44,717 nt of DNA from a virus (lineage: Duplodnaviria > Caudoviricetes), in IMG/VR virus record IMGVR_UViG_3300016466_000173, positions 1 to 44,717 of that record, one strand, 5' to 3'. The notes beneath the pieces were generated by a model. It was not told the origin of the DNA, did no database searches, and was given only the letters and a program-made list of their open reading frames with translations. This document shows positions 35,988 to 43,891 of the stretch, piece by piece (the stretch's first letter is position 1; each line of letters begins with the position of its first letter). A program made the position numbers and the translations under genes.

Positions 35988-36337
35988 TGAAAGATGCCTG
36001 TTATAAAAAAGTAAAAGCACAGTACGATGTATTCCCATCGGCACGTGCATCACAGGCAATTGCCAAGTGTCGTAAAGAATCGGGTAGTGTACGCAAGGGT
36101 GAGGCAGGTACTTCACTAAAAAGATGGGAGAAGGAGAAGTGGGTTGACACCCGGACGGGTAAAGCGTGTGGTGCAGGTGGCAGCAATGAGTACTGTCGTC
36201 CATCCAAGAGAGTGTCTTCAAAGACACCCGTAACCAAATCAGAGTTGAGTCCATCCAAACTTGCAGCGAAGAAGGCTGAGAAGTCGATAGTTGGTATGGG
36301 CAATCGTGTTTCAAGCATTATAAAAAAAAATAGGTAA
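35987..36337 (+). CDS. Small basic phage protein (L.RW..EKWVD..CG..YCRP family)
   Basis: K/R/C-rich; coupled to the upstream gene. Confidence 0.75.
   Translation: MKDACYKKVKAQYDVFPSARASQAIAKCRKESGSVRKGEAGTSLKRWEKEKWVDTRTGKACGAGGSNEYCRPSKRVSSKTPVTKSELSPSKLAAKKAEKSIVGMGNRVSSIIKKNR
36212..36227. repeat. 16-bp palindromic motif copy 13, intragenic
   Basis: Exact copy (R-V-S-S-K-T-P). Confidence 0.95.
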
Positions 36338-36342
36338 CTTTG
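36335..36342 (+). promoter_or_regulatory. -7 box TAACTTTG
   Basis: 4 nt before the ATG at 36347. Confidence 0.6.
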
Positions 36343-36346
36343 CATT

Positions 36347-36520
36347 ATGGCTAAGATGAGTAAGTTTGAAAAGTTGAGCAACAAGATTGCTGAGAAACAA
36401 GGCATCAGCAAACAGAGAGCAAATGCTATCACTGCATCTATTGGTCGCAAGAAATATGGGAAGACTGCCTTCCAAGAAATGGCAGCAAAAGGAAAGTCAA
36501 AACTCAAAAACAAAAAATAA
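36347..36520 (+). CDS. 57-aa basic protein MAKMSKFEKLSNKIAEKQGISKQRANAITASIGRKKYGK...
   Basis: Below the track cutoff; translated by hand; follows a promoter box. Confidence 0.75.
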   Translation: MAKMSKFEKLSNKIAEKQGISKQRANAITASIGRKKYGKTAFQEMAAKGKSKLKNKK

Positions 36521-36525
36521 ATACA

Positions 36526-36699
36526 ATGAAAAAAATGATGACCCCCGGTGTAATGAACGCTATCAGCAACCCTAAGAAGGCAGTTGCCAAGCAAGTTGTT
36601 AAAGGTGCTGCTAAGAAAGCCGTAGGCAAAGCAGTTAAGAAAGCCGTAGGTAAGGCAGTTGCTAAGAAGGCAGTTGCTGCAGCCAAGAAGATGTATTAA
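36526..36699 (+). CDS. 57-aa histone H1-like K/A/V repeat protein
   Basis: KKAVAKQVVKGAAKKAVGKAVKKAVGKAVAKKAVAAAKK; translated by hand. Confidence 0.75.
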   Translation: MKKMMTPGVMNAISNPKKAVAKQVVKGAAKKAVGKAVKKAVGKAVAKKAVAAAKKMY

Positions 36700-36710
36700 T
36701 CTTTTTAACG

Positions 36711-36896
36711 ATGATGAAAGTTAACGGCATTGGAGTAACTCTTAGTAAGGACATTGCTAAGAACAGTTCTAACGTGATGGGCAAAATGGGTAACAAAAAA
36801 GCCCTGATGAGCCGTTCAACGTGCAAGGGTCTTAATGACCCTTGCATTATCAATGGAACTGTTGGTAAGCAATTGAGCAAGTTAATCTCTAAGTAA
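36711..36896 (+). CDS. Small basic hypothetical protein
   Basis: 61 aa in the operon. Confidence 0.6.
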   Translation: MMKVNGIGVTLSKDIAKNSSNVMGKMGNKKALMSRSTCKGLNDPCIINGTVGKQLSKLISK

Positions 36897-37024
36897 TGGG
36901 TCAATTATTTATCAAGATAGGTAATTGGTTTATAAAGGCAGGGAATCAAATCATTGCATTCTTCAAGCAGATTACTTTGACTTGGGATGCTTTTATAAAG
37001 TTGCTCATAATCAATAAAGACTAA
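36896..37024 (+). CDS. 42-aa amphipathic peptide MGQLFIKIGNWFIKAGNQIIAFFKQITLTWDAFIKLLIINKD
   Basis: TAATG coupling; fills the gap between genes. Confidence 0.55.
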   Translation: MGQLFIKIGNWFIKAGNQIIAFFKQITLTWDAFIKLLIINKD

Positions 37025-37026
37025 CT

Positions 37027-37206
37027 ATGAAGTTAAGCGAAAAAAGCAAGGGTCTTGGAGATACTATCGAGAAGATTACTACGGTAACCGGGGTAAAGAA
37101 GGTTGTCGATGCAGTTGCAGGTGCAGTTAAGAAAGACTGTGGTTGTGGCAAAAGGCGTGATACTTTAAACAGAATGTTTCCATACGAGGAAACCAATAAT
37201 AAATAA
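37027..37206 (+). CDS. 59-aa phage protein (GLGDTIEK..DCGC.KR..LN family)
   Basis: Translated by hand; recurrent phage motif (from recall). Confidence 0.75.
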   Translation: MKLSEKSKGLGDTIEKITTVTGVKKVVDAVAGAVKKDCGCGKRRDTLNRMFPYEETNNK

Positions 37207-37210
37207 ACAA

Positions 37211-37681
37211 ATGGCAAATCAAAAACTTCAAGTTGCTCGTGCGTTGCGGATATATAAGTCTGACAATGCTGATATTCCGTTCCCAAACATATCACGTTCA
37301 GGAGCGAACACAAGTGTTGTGGCAAACAAACTCGTTGTAGCAGGTGCTAACTTCACTGCTGACCAAGTTGCAGCAGGTGACATTGTGTACAATACAACTA
37401 CAGGCGTTTCTGCAACTGTTACCAACCTTGACTCTACAACTCAGATTGCATTGAACGCAGACATATTCCTTGCAACTCCAAACAACTTTGCAATTTACAA
37501 AGGTGGAGCGAATGATGGTTGCGTTATCTATGTTGGCGAAGGCGGTGACGTTGAGGTAACAACTGCCGGAGGAGACCGTGTGATTTTCTATGGTCTTCTT
37601 ACGGGTCAGTTTGTACCTGTTCAAGTTACCAAGGTATGGTCAGCAGGAACAAATGCTCTAAACCTCTTAGCCCTTTGGTAA
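37211..37681 (+). CDS. Putative virion structural protein
   Basis: Beta-rich; IYVG..G.V.V...G..PVQV.KV...GT motif. Confidence 0.65.
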   Translation: MANQKLQVARALRIYKSDNADIPFPNISRSGANTSVVANKLVVAGANFTADQVAAGDIVYNTTTGVSATVTNLDSTTQIALNADIFLATPNNFAIYKGGANDGCVIYVGEGGDVEVTTAGGDRVIFYGLLTGQFVPVQVTKVWSAGTNALNLLALW

Positions 37682-37682
37682 G

Positions 37683-37823
37683 ATGATAATCATAGGTGAC
37701 CTGATAACGATTGGTACTGACGCTGCAGTTTATGCAATAAATAACTATTTGCTTTGGAGTCCTGCTAACAGTAGTAAATTGCTTGTAAGAGCATCGAACA
37801 ACGATAAATTAATTTGGAAATAA
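37683..37823 (+). CDS. 46-aa hypothetical protein
   Basis: Fills the gap exactly between two structural genes. Confidence 0.5.
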   Translation: MIIIGDLITIGTDAAVYAINNYLLWSPANSSKLLVRASNNDKLIWK

Positions 37824-39122
37824 ATGGCTAATTTAACCATATTCGGTTTAACCCAACTCACCTCTGCAGGTGCTGATATTGTAAATGACTTAGTTCCTGT
37901 ATGGGACAATGACGTTGCAGAGACCAAAAAAATGACGTTATCAGATTTGAGGAATCTGATGTATCCTGCGAATTGGAGTGATAGTTTCTCATCTGCTACT
38001 CAGGCTACTTCATCTTGGACACCAAACAATGCAGCAGCAAATGTGAACGCTGCTATAATTCCAAAAGGAACAGGTGCAATTACTGCTGCTATTCCCGATG
38101 GAACAGTAACAGGTGGTAATGCGAGGGGTTCTTACGCTGTGGATTTTCAGATGATTAGAAACAACGCTAACCAAGTAGCAAGTGGAGGAGCAAGTGCTAT
38201 TGTTGCAGGTCAAAGAAATAGAAATGAAAGTGGTTCTGCATTTTTAGGTGCAGGAACAGATAATAGAATTACGGGTACTGCCGAGAGAGGGTTTTTAGGT
38301 GCAGGTGAAAGTAATGCAATAGACAACGGAGGAAGCCACGTTATTGTTGGAGGTCAGTCTAACGCTATTGCTTTTGCAAGTCATTCTTTTATAGGTGGAG
38401 GACAATCAAATTCAACAAATAATGGACATAATGCAATAGCAGGCGGTAGAACAAACGCTCTTAATTCACAGTCCTATCAGTTTATTGGTGGTGGACAAGG
38501 AAACACAGGCTCTGGTACTCATAGCGTAATTAGTGGAGGTCAATCCAATACTGCTTCTCAAAGCCATGCGGTTGTAAGTGGTGGTCAATCAAATACCGCA
38601 TCTGCCATAGCATCAACAGTTGTTGGTGGTTATAACGCTACGGCTTCTTTATATGGACAAGTTGCTCACGCATCGGGTAGATTTGCTGCTAATGGTGATG
38701 CTCAAGCACACGAACTTATATGGCGTAGAGCAATCACCGGGACGGCTCAAACAGAACTTTTCTTAGATGGAGCATCAGTAGCAGCAATATTGCCCGGAAC
38801 AAACTCTGTATGGAATGGAATTATTGATGTAAGTGCAGTTTGTACTGCAACAGGAGACGGAAGTACTATAGTAGGACACGTTGAGGCTACTTCTTTTAAG
38901 GTAACAATAAAGAGAATTGGTACAACCACTTCGTTAGTAGGAACTGTTCAAGAGATTGGAACTACGAATGCTGATGCTTCAATGGCTACTGCGGTATTTA
39001 CGATTGACAACAATGATACTAACGAGAGTCTCAGAGTTCTATTTACTCCTCCGGGTACTGCAGGTAGTACTACAGTGATTCGTGCTATCGCAACTTTCCG
39101 TGGACAACAGATTCAATATTAA
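37824..39122 (+). CDS. Tail fibre / receptor-binding protein with GGxxN beta-roll repeats
   Basis: About ten roughly 14-residue (I/V)xGGQSN-type repeats. Confidence 0.75.
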   Translation: MANLTIFGLTQLTSAGADIVNDLVPVWDNDVAETKKMTLSDLRNLMYPANWSDSFSSATQATSSWTPNNAAANVNAAIIPKGTGAITAAIPDGTVTGGNARGSYAVDFQMIRNNANQVASGGASAIVAGQRNRNESGSAFLGAGTDNRITGTAERGFLGAGESNAIDNGGSHVIVGGQSNAIAFASHSFIGGGQSNSTNNGHNAIAGGRTNALNSQSYQFIGGGQGNTGSGTHSVISGGQSNTASQSHAVVSGGQSNTASAIASTVVGGYNATASLYGQVAHASGRFAANGDAQAHELIWRRAITGTAQTELFLDGASVAAILPGTNSVWNGIIDVSAVCTATGDGSTIVGHVEATSFKVTIKRIGTTTSLVGTVQEIGTTNADASMATAVFTIDNNDTNESLRVLFTPPGTAGSTTVIRAIATFRGQQIQY

Positions 39123-39126
39123 TAAC

Positions 39127-39134
39127 TATCTTTG
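39127..39134 (+). promoter_or_regulatory. -7 box TATCTTTG
   Basis: Intergenic, ahead of the lysis module. Confidence 0.55.
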
Positions 39135-39156
39135 AAACAGATTAAAGAATAAAAAA

Positions 39157-39462
39157 ATGGCAATTCAAATAAACACAGACGTACAAACTGCTGATGGATT
39201 CACCGTTCAGCCTTTTGCTTTTCTTGACATTCAAATGTATCAGCCTTTCTCAAGGGCTTTGATTACCTATTATAAAGATGAGGCATCATATATAGCAGGT
39301 CAATCTCCTGTGAATGTACCATCACTTCCTAATTTGTCAGATAGTAATCTTACTGCTGAAGAGTTTTGGGGAACTGAACTTGCTACTGTAATTCATAACA
39401 GGGCTATAGCAGTTATTGAGGAAGTTACAGGTGCAGGAACTTGCACGATTGTATCTCTTTAA
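39157..39462 (+). CDS. Hypothetical (tail fibre-associated) protein
   Basis: 101 aa following the fibre gene. Confidence 0.6.
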   Translation: MAIQINTDVQTADGFTVQPFAFLDIQMYQPFSRALITYYKDEASYIAGQSPVNVPSLPNLSDSNLTAEEFWGTELATVIHNRAIAVIEEVTGAGTCTIVSL

Positions 39463-39474
39463 TTAGAGTGAGAA

Positions 39475-39777
39475 GTGAAAGAGTTTTTGATTAGTATAGG
39501 ATTAAACATAGGATTAGCAGTAAGCGGATTCTTTGGCTCATTACTTCTCGTTGGTAAACAGAAGAATCAAAACCTCAGAGAACAAGTGTTCTCAGTTATT
39601 GGTGGTACTATGAGTGCTAACTATCTTACTCCTGTAGTTATTGACTTACTTGGTGTAGATGGTGAATCATTAAAATACGGCTTTGCTTTTGTTATAGGAT
39701 TCGGTGGACTAAAAATTGTTGAAGTCGTATACGAGAAATATATTTCTAAAATAAAGTCAGGCAATGGTGATTCTTAA
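39475..39777 (+). CDS. Holin-like membrane protein
   Basis: Three hydrophobic segments, upstream of the endolysin. Confidence 0.65.
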   Translation: MKEFLISIGLNIGLAVSGFFGSLLLVGKQKNQNLREQVFSVIGGTMSANYLTPVVIDLLGVDGESLKYGFAFVIGFGGLKIVEVVYEKYISKIKSGNGDS

Positions 39778-40054
39778 TCTCATAGCAAATATCATTCTGA
39801 CATTGTCAGGTATGATTTTCTTTTTACAGTTGTATGGTAATGAATCATCAGTTGTTCATAAGTGGAAGTTCATATCTCATTGGGGATTAAAGTTTGGATT
39901 GGCTGCTCTTACTGCAGGTTCATTTTTAAACGTACTTACACTTAGCAATCCGGGATTTGGTGAGACATTAATGAATCTTGGTCTTGCTGCCATATTTACT
40001 TGGGCAGTTATGTTCCATTATAAAATATTTTCAAAGTATGGCAAAAAAGACTAA
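39764..40054 (+). CDS. Membrane protein (holin/antiholin candidate)
   Basis: Three transmembrane segments and a basic C-terminus. Confidence 0.6.
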   Translation: MVILNLIANIILTLSGMIFFLQLYGNESSVVHKWKFISHWGLKFGLAALTAGSFLNVLTLSNPGFGETLMNLGLAAIFTWAVMFHYKIFSKYGKKD

Positions 40055-40184
40055 GATATCAGAGATAAAAAAGTTTGTTGCAAAGCCTAAGGCAAGAAGA
40101 CCGGGCGTACACGCAAAGACAAAAACAAGTAAAAACAAGGGCAGTCAGAATTATCAGAAGCCCTACAATAGACAAGGGAAATGA
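40038..40184 (+). CDS. Small basic protein MAKKTKIS..RPGVHAK..Y.RQGK
   Basis: ATGA-coupled to the endolysin. Confidence 0.65.
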   Translation: MAKKTKISEIKKFVAKPKARRPGVHAKTKTSKNKGSQNYQKPYNRQGK

Positions 40185-40888
40185 ATATCAAACAAATAGA
40201 CTTTGGTGCTGCTCACTACTTTAATCAGGACACACCAAAAACACAAATTTATTTGCACCATACTGCAGGTAATGATAATGCTGAAGCAGTGTTCAAATAT
40301 TGGGAGCAGACTACTGAACGTGTAGCAACTTGTGTTGCCATTGATTCAACAGGATTAATAGTTCAAGGTTTCTCATCTAAGAAGTGGGCGTACCATTTGG
40401 GACTTGAGACCAAGACTTTTAATAACCAAGGTTTGAGATATGAGCCATTAGATAAGTTGTCTATTGGTATTGAGATATGCAATTGGGGTTATTTGACTCA
40501 GGTAGGTAAAGGCAAGAACGTAAAGTATCTTAACTACGTTGGTCGTGAAGTTCCAATTGAGCAAGTAATTAAATTAGAGCAACCATTCAAAGGTTTGCAG
40601 TATTTTCATAATTATACTGATGCTCAGATTGAAGCAGTAAAAGAATTGCTACTTTTGTGGAATGACAGATATAATATTCCGTTGGACTACAACGATGACA
40701 TATGGGGTATATCTACAAGAGCATTATCTGCTCAACCCGGTGTCTACACCCACAATTCGGTTCGCAAGGATAAGACTGACGTATATCCACACCCCGGACT
40801 GATTGAGATGTTAAAGTCACTGACTGCAAAAGAGCCGATATTGGTTGGTGAACCTAAGGCTAAGAGCAGTGGAAAAAGCAAAAAGTAA
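40181..40888 (+). CDS. Endolysin, N-acetylmuramoyl-L-alanine amidase (Amidase_2)
   Basis: IYLHHTAG, WAYHLG, SIGIEI and THNSVRKDK.D motifs. Confidence 0.9.
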   Translation: MNIKQIDFGAAHYFNQDTPKTQIYLHHTAGNDNAEAVFKYWEQTTERVATCVAIDSTGLIVQGFSSKKWAYHLGLETKTFNNQGLRYEPLDKLSIGIEICNWGYLTQVGKGKNVKYLNYVGREVPIEQVIKLEQPFKGLQYFHNYTDAQIEAVKELLLLWNDRYNIPLDYNDDIWGISTRALSAQPGVYTHNSVRKDKTDVYPHPGLIEMLKSLTAKEPILVGEPKAKSSGKSKK

Positions 40889-41441
40889 TTTATTGTTTCT
40901 TACTATAGGAGCCACTATGATGTGGCTCTTATTGAAACAATGCTCGTCACATTCTGAGACGACTATAAAATATCTTCCCGGAGATTCTATCCCATACACT
41001 GTATATAAGGGTATTCCTAAACCGTATGCAGTTCGTTATACTGATTCAATACCTTATTATGATACTGCTTGGCTACCGGGAGATACTCAGTATGTTCTTA
41101 AGCCAATTGACACAATGTTCATTCTTAGGGACTACTATGCAAAGGTGAAGTATATTGACACTGTAAAGAATGATAGCAGTGCTTTGATAGTTCTCAATGA
41201 GACAGTATTCAAGAATCGTATATCAGACAGAAGTATTATATTCCAAAACAGAAGAAAGACTGCTATCATACAAGATAGGCAGAATGCTTTTGTTTTAGGT
41301 ATTGGTGGAACACTTACAGGATTAGATGCTTCAATAGGCTATAGGCAGAACAGGAATGTGTTTAATGTAACGTATTCTATTCAAGGAATAGGGTTAAGAT
41401 ATCAGCGTGAGATAGGTTGGGGAAAGACATCAAAAAAATAA
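40845..41441 (+). CDS. Membrane-anchored spanin-like protein (start uncertain)
   Basis: N-terminal hydrophobic segment plus Cys, C-terminal beta strands; follows the endolysin. Confidence 0.55.
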   Translation: MVNLRLRAVEKAKSNLLFLTIGATMMWLLLKQCSSHSETTIKYLPGDSIPYTVYKGIPKPYAVRYTDSIPYYDTAWLPGDTQYVLKPIDTMFILRDYYAKVKYIDTVKNDSSALIVLNETVFKNRISDRSIIFQNRRKTAIIQDRQNAFVLGIGGTLTGLDASIGYRQNRNVFNVTYSIQGIGLRYQREIGWGKTSKK

Positions 41442-41442
41442 T

Positions 41443-41450
41443 TATCTTTG
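41443..41450 (+). promoter_or_regulatory. -7 box TATCTTTG
   Basis: Intergenic, 20 nt before the ATG. Confidence 0.55.
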
Positions 41451-41470
41451 TGCAACATAAATCAAATTAA

Positions 41471-41743
41471 ATGAAAACGATAAAAATGGAACCGAACAAC
41501 AAGCAGTTTTTGACTGAAGAAGAATTGGGTAAGACTCAAGCAATGCACACTGAGTTTAATAAACTCAAGACGCACCTTGCTGACGTGTCATTACAGAAGC
41601 ACGGATTGCTGAAGCAAATTGATTTGTTACGCAATGACTTTGCTCAGCACGAAAATGAACTTATGGCTAAGTATGGAACTGATGCCGTTATCAATATTCA
41701 AACAGGAGAAATAACAAGGAACGAACCCGATGGGAAAAATTAG
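41471..41743 (+). CDS. Coiled-coil hypothetical protein
   Basis: 90 aa ending KYG..VINI.TGEI. Confidence 0.7.
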   Translation: MKTIKMEPNNKQFLTEEELGKTQAMHTEFNKLKTHLADVSLQKHGLLKQIDLLRNDFAQHENELMAKYGTDAVINIQTGEITRNEPDGKN

Positions 41744-42335
41744 TACATACCCAACTGATACCAATGTATCGCTTAGCGACAGACTGATTGGTACTGATAA
41801 TGAGAATAACAATGAGACCAAGAACTTTACAGTAGGTGCATTAGCATCTACTGTATTGGGTCAACTTGATGCCACTTTGGTATTGAATGCTTCTTCAACA
41901 GTTATTCAAGCACCTTCAGCATTAAACACTCCTCTTCAAGTTACATTTGGAGGAGCACAGGGTAGTTCATCTACGCCTGTAATGATTGATGCTTTAGGCA
42001 ATATTACATTCAATCAGTCGGGATTGTACATAATTAATGCTTACGGTTCAGTTGAGAGAACAGGTTCATCAGGGGGTACTGCTATATTTTTGTTTAGAGG
42101 ACTTGTAAATGGTACTCCTTCAACAACAACAAAGGCATTCCATTTAGACACTCCTGATGTTGCATTCCCTTATGAGATAACAATTCCTTTTCAAGCAACT
42201 GCAGGTAACGTACTTACTTTTCAAGTTATGCGTGATTCATCAGGTGCAAACCACGGTGGATTATATCCTCATACGAACTTAGGTGGATGGGGTAATGTTC
42301 CCTCAACTGAGATTCTGATATGGAAGATAGGATAA
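41730..42335 (+). CDS. Putative structural / fibre protein
   Basis: KISTY..D.LIGTD..TKNF N-terminus and beta-sandwich C-terminus. Confidence 0.65.
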   Translation: MGKISTYPTDTNVSLSDRLIGTDNENNNETKNFTVGALASTVLGQLDATLVLNASSTVIQAPSALNTPLQVTFGGAQGSSSTPVMIDALGNITFNQSGLYIINAYGSVERTGSSGGTAIFLFRGLVNGTPSTTTKAFHLDTPDVAFPYEITIPFQATAGNVLTFQVMRDSSGANHGGLYPHTNLGGWGNVPSTEILIWKIG

Positions 42336-42350
42336 TCAAATTTAATTTAT

Positions 42351-42578
42351 ATGGACATAAGGAAGATATCGGTTGGTCCCGACTACAAAAACGGGGCTAT
42401 GCACTATATCGTTGGTCAGAAAGTACTTAATGATACTCAAGAGATATACCTCATAAAATACGATGAGATTAAGAAGTCTATAAAGATTTACATAATCAAT
42501 GAGAAGCAGGAAGTTGTTCTGTGGAAAGAGTTTAACGATACCGTTCCTGTTTCCATTGAGTACAACATTAATATCTAA
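42351..42578 (+). CDS. Conserved phage hypothetical protein
   Basis: IRKIS.GPDYK..AMHY.VGQ. Confidence 0.7.
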   Translation: MDIRKISVGPDYKNGAMHYIVGQKVLNDTQEIYLIKYDEIKKSIKIYIINEKQEVVLWKEFNDTVPVSIEYNINI

Positions 42579-43141
42579 TGCAATCTCCTTTTTATTTTAT
42601 AGCCAAACCCATAGATGGTAAGCGGTATTATAACACGAGAGATATCGCAGGAGTTGAACTAATAGTCAACGTATCAGAGGAAGACCATCGTTTCTCAAAC
42701 AGACACGCAGAAGTAATTGAACTTCCATTGGGTTATAATGGACCCATAAAGAAGGGAGATACTTTACTTGTTCATCATAACACATTCAAATTTTACAACG
42801 ACATAAAGGGTAGAAGGAAGAGTGGTAAGAGTTTCTTTAAGGAAGACTTATTCTTTATAGAGCCTGACCAATTCTTTTTATACAAGAGTGGTGATGATTG
42901 GAATGCGTATGATAAGTATTGTTTTGTAAAACCGATACCACCTGAGGAGTCTTATATAAAGAAGCCTACTACACACGAGCCTCTTATGGGGGAGATGGTG
43001 TATCCAAATGCAGAACTGAAAAGACACGGTATTGTCAAGGGTGATAAGGTTTGCTTTCATCCGGACAGTGAATATGAATTTTATGTCGATGGAGAGAAAC
43101 TCTATCGTATGTTTGACCATCAAATAACAATCAAATTATGA
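42578..43141 (+). CDS. Tandem GroES-like protein
   Basis: Two FxxKP..V...KGD.(L/V) GroES-fold-like halves. Confidence 0.6.
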   Translation: MQSPFYFIAKPIDGKRYYNTRDIAGVELIVNVSEEDHRFSNRHAEVIELPLGYNGPIKKGDTLLVHHNTFKFYNDIKGRRKSGKSFFKEDLFFIEPDQFFLYKSGDDWNAYDKYCFVKPIPPEESYIKKPTTHEPLMGEMVYPNAELKRHGIVKGDKVCFHPDSEYEFYVDGEKLYRMFDHQITIKL

Positions 43142-43632
43142 ATCTAATCGTATTGGACAATGTATTGACAGACCCTATCTCTTATGTTAGAGACGCTCTG
43201 TCTTATGGCTTTGAAGAAGTCTTTGATGCTGATAAAGTATTCAAGGGTATTCAGCCAAGGAGTGATGACGAGTTTCAGCACTTCATTGAAGATTATTTAT
43301 CACTGCAGTATGAGACTGTTTACAACTTCATACGTCAATCTCCTGAGGGTCAGGACGAACCAAACTTTATTCATACCGATGAAGGTATGGGTGATATACT
43401 TGCTTTGTTATATTTGAATGAGAATCATCCTGAAGATGGTACAGTCATCTATGATAATGATGGAAAAAAGATGTGCTCTGTTCATATGAAGTTTAATAGA
43501 GCAGTTATATTCGGAACTCGTTACCCACATTCTCGTGCATTATTTGAAAACTTTGGTGAAGGAGATGATTCACGTCTCGTTCAAGTTTTATTCTTAAAAT
43601 TGCGTAAGGATGGACCCGAAACAGTTGCGTGA
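43138..43632 (+). CDS. 2OG-Fe(II) oxygenase-like protein
   Basis: IHTD, LLYLN..GT, FNRAVIF..HSR and RLVQV.F motifs. Confidence 0.7.
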   Translation: MNLIVLDNVLTDPISYVRDALSYGFEEVFDADKVFKGIQPRSDDEFQHFIEDYLSLQYETVYNFIRQSPEGQDEPNFIHTDEGMGDILALLYLNENHPEDGTVIYDNDGKKMCSVHMKFNRAVIFGTRYPHSRALFENFGEGDDSRLVQVLFLKLRKDGPETVA

Positions 43633-43891
43633 GAAAATTATTCAAGCCGGGTATATAGCGGTTGAGCAATTAATCAAGGTTGCCAAGGAGGATATTATAA
43701 AGCCTGACCCTGAGGATGATTTGTCTGCAGATAAATTAAAGAACGCTGCAGCGTCTAAGAGGTTGGCAATCTTTGATGCTTTTGAGATTCTTGCAAGAGT
43801 TGAAGCAGAAAAGAATATATTAGAAGGGAATGACAAAGGTGTCGAAAGAGTCGAGACAAAACAAGGATGGGCAGAACGAAGGGCAAAGTAG
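43610..43891 (+). CDS. terS: Terminase small subunit (putative)
   Basis: Helical 93-aa ORF overlapping the start of the large subunit. Confidence 0.55.
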   Translation: MDPKQLREKIIQAGYIAVEQLIKVAKEDIIKPDPEDDLSADKLKNAAASKRLAIFDAFEILARVEAEKNILEGNDKGVERVETKQGWAERRAK

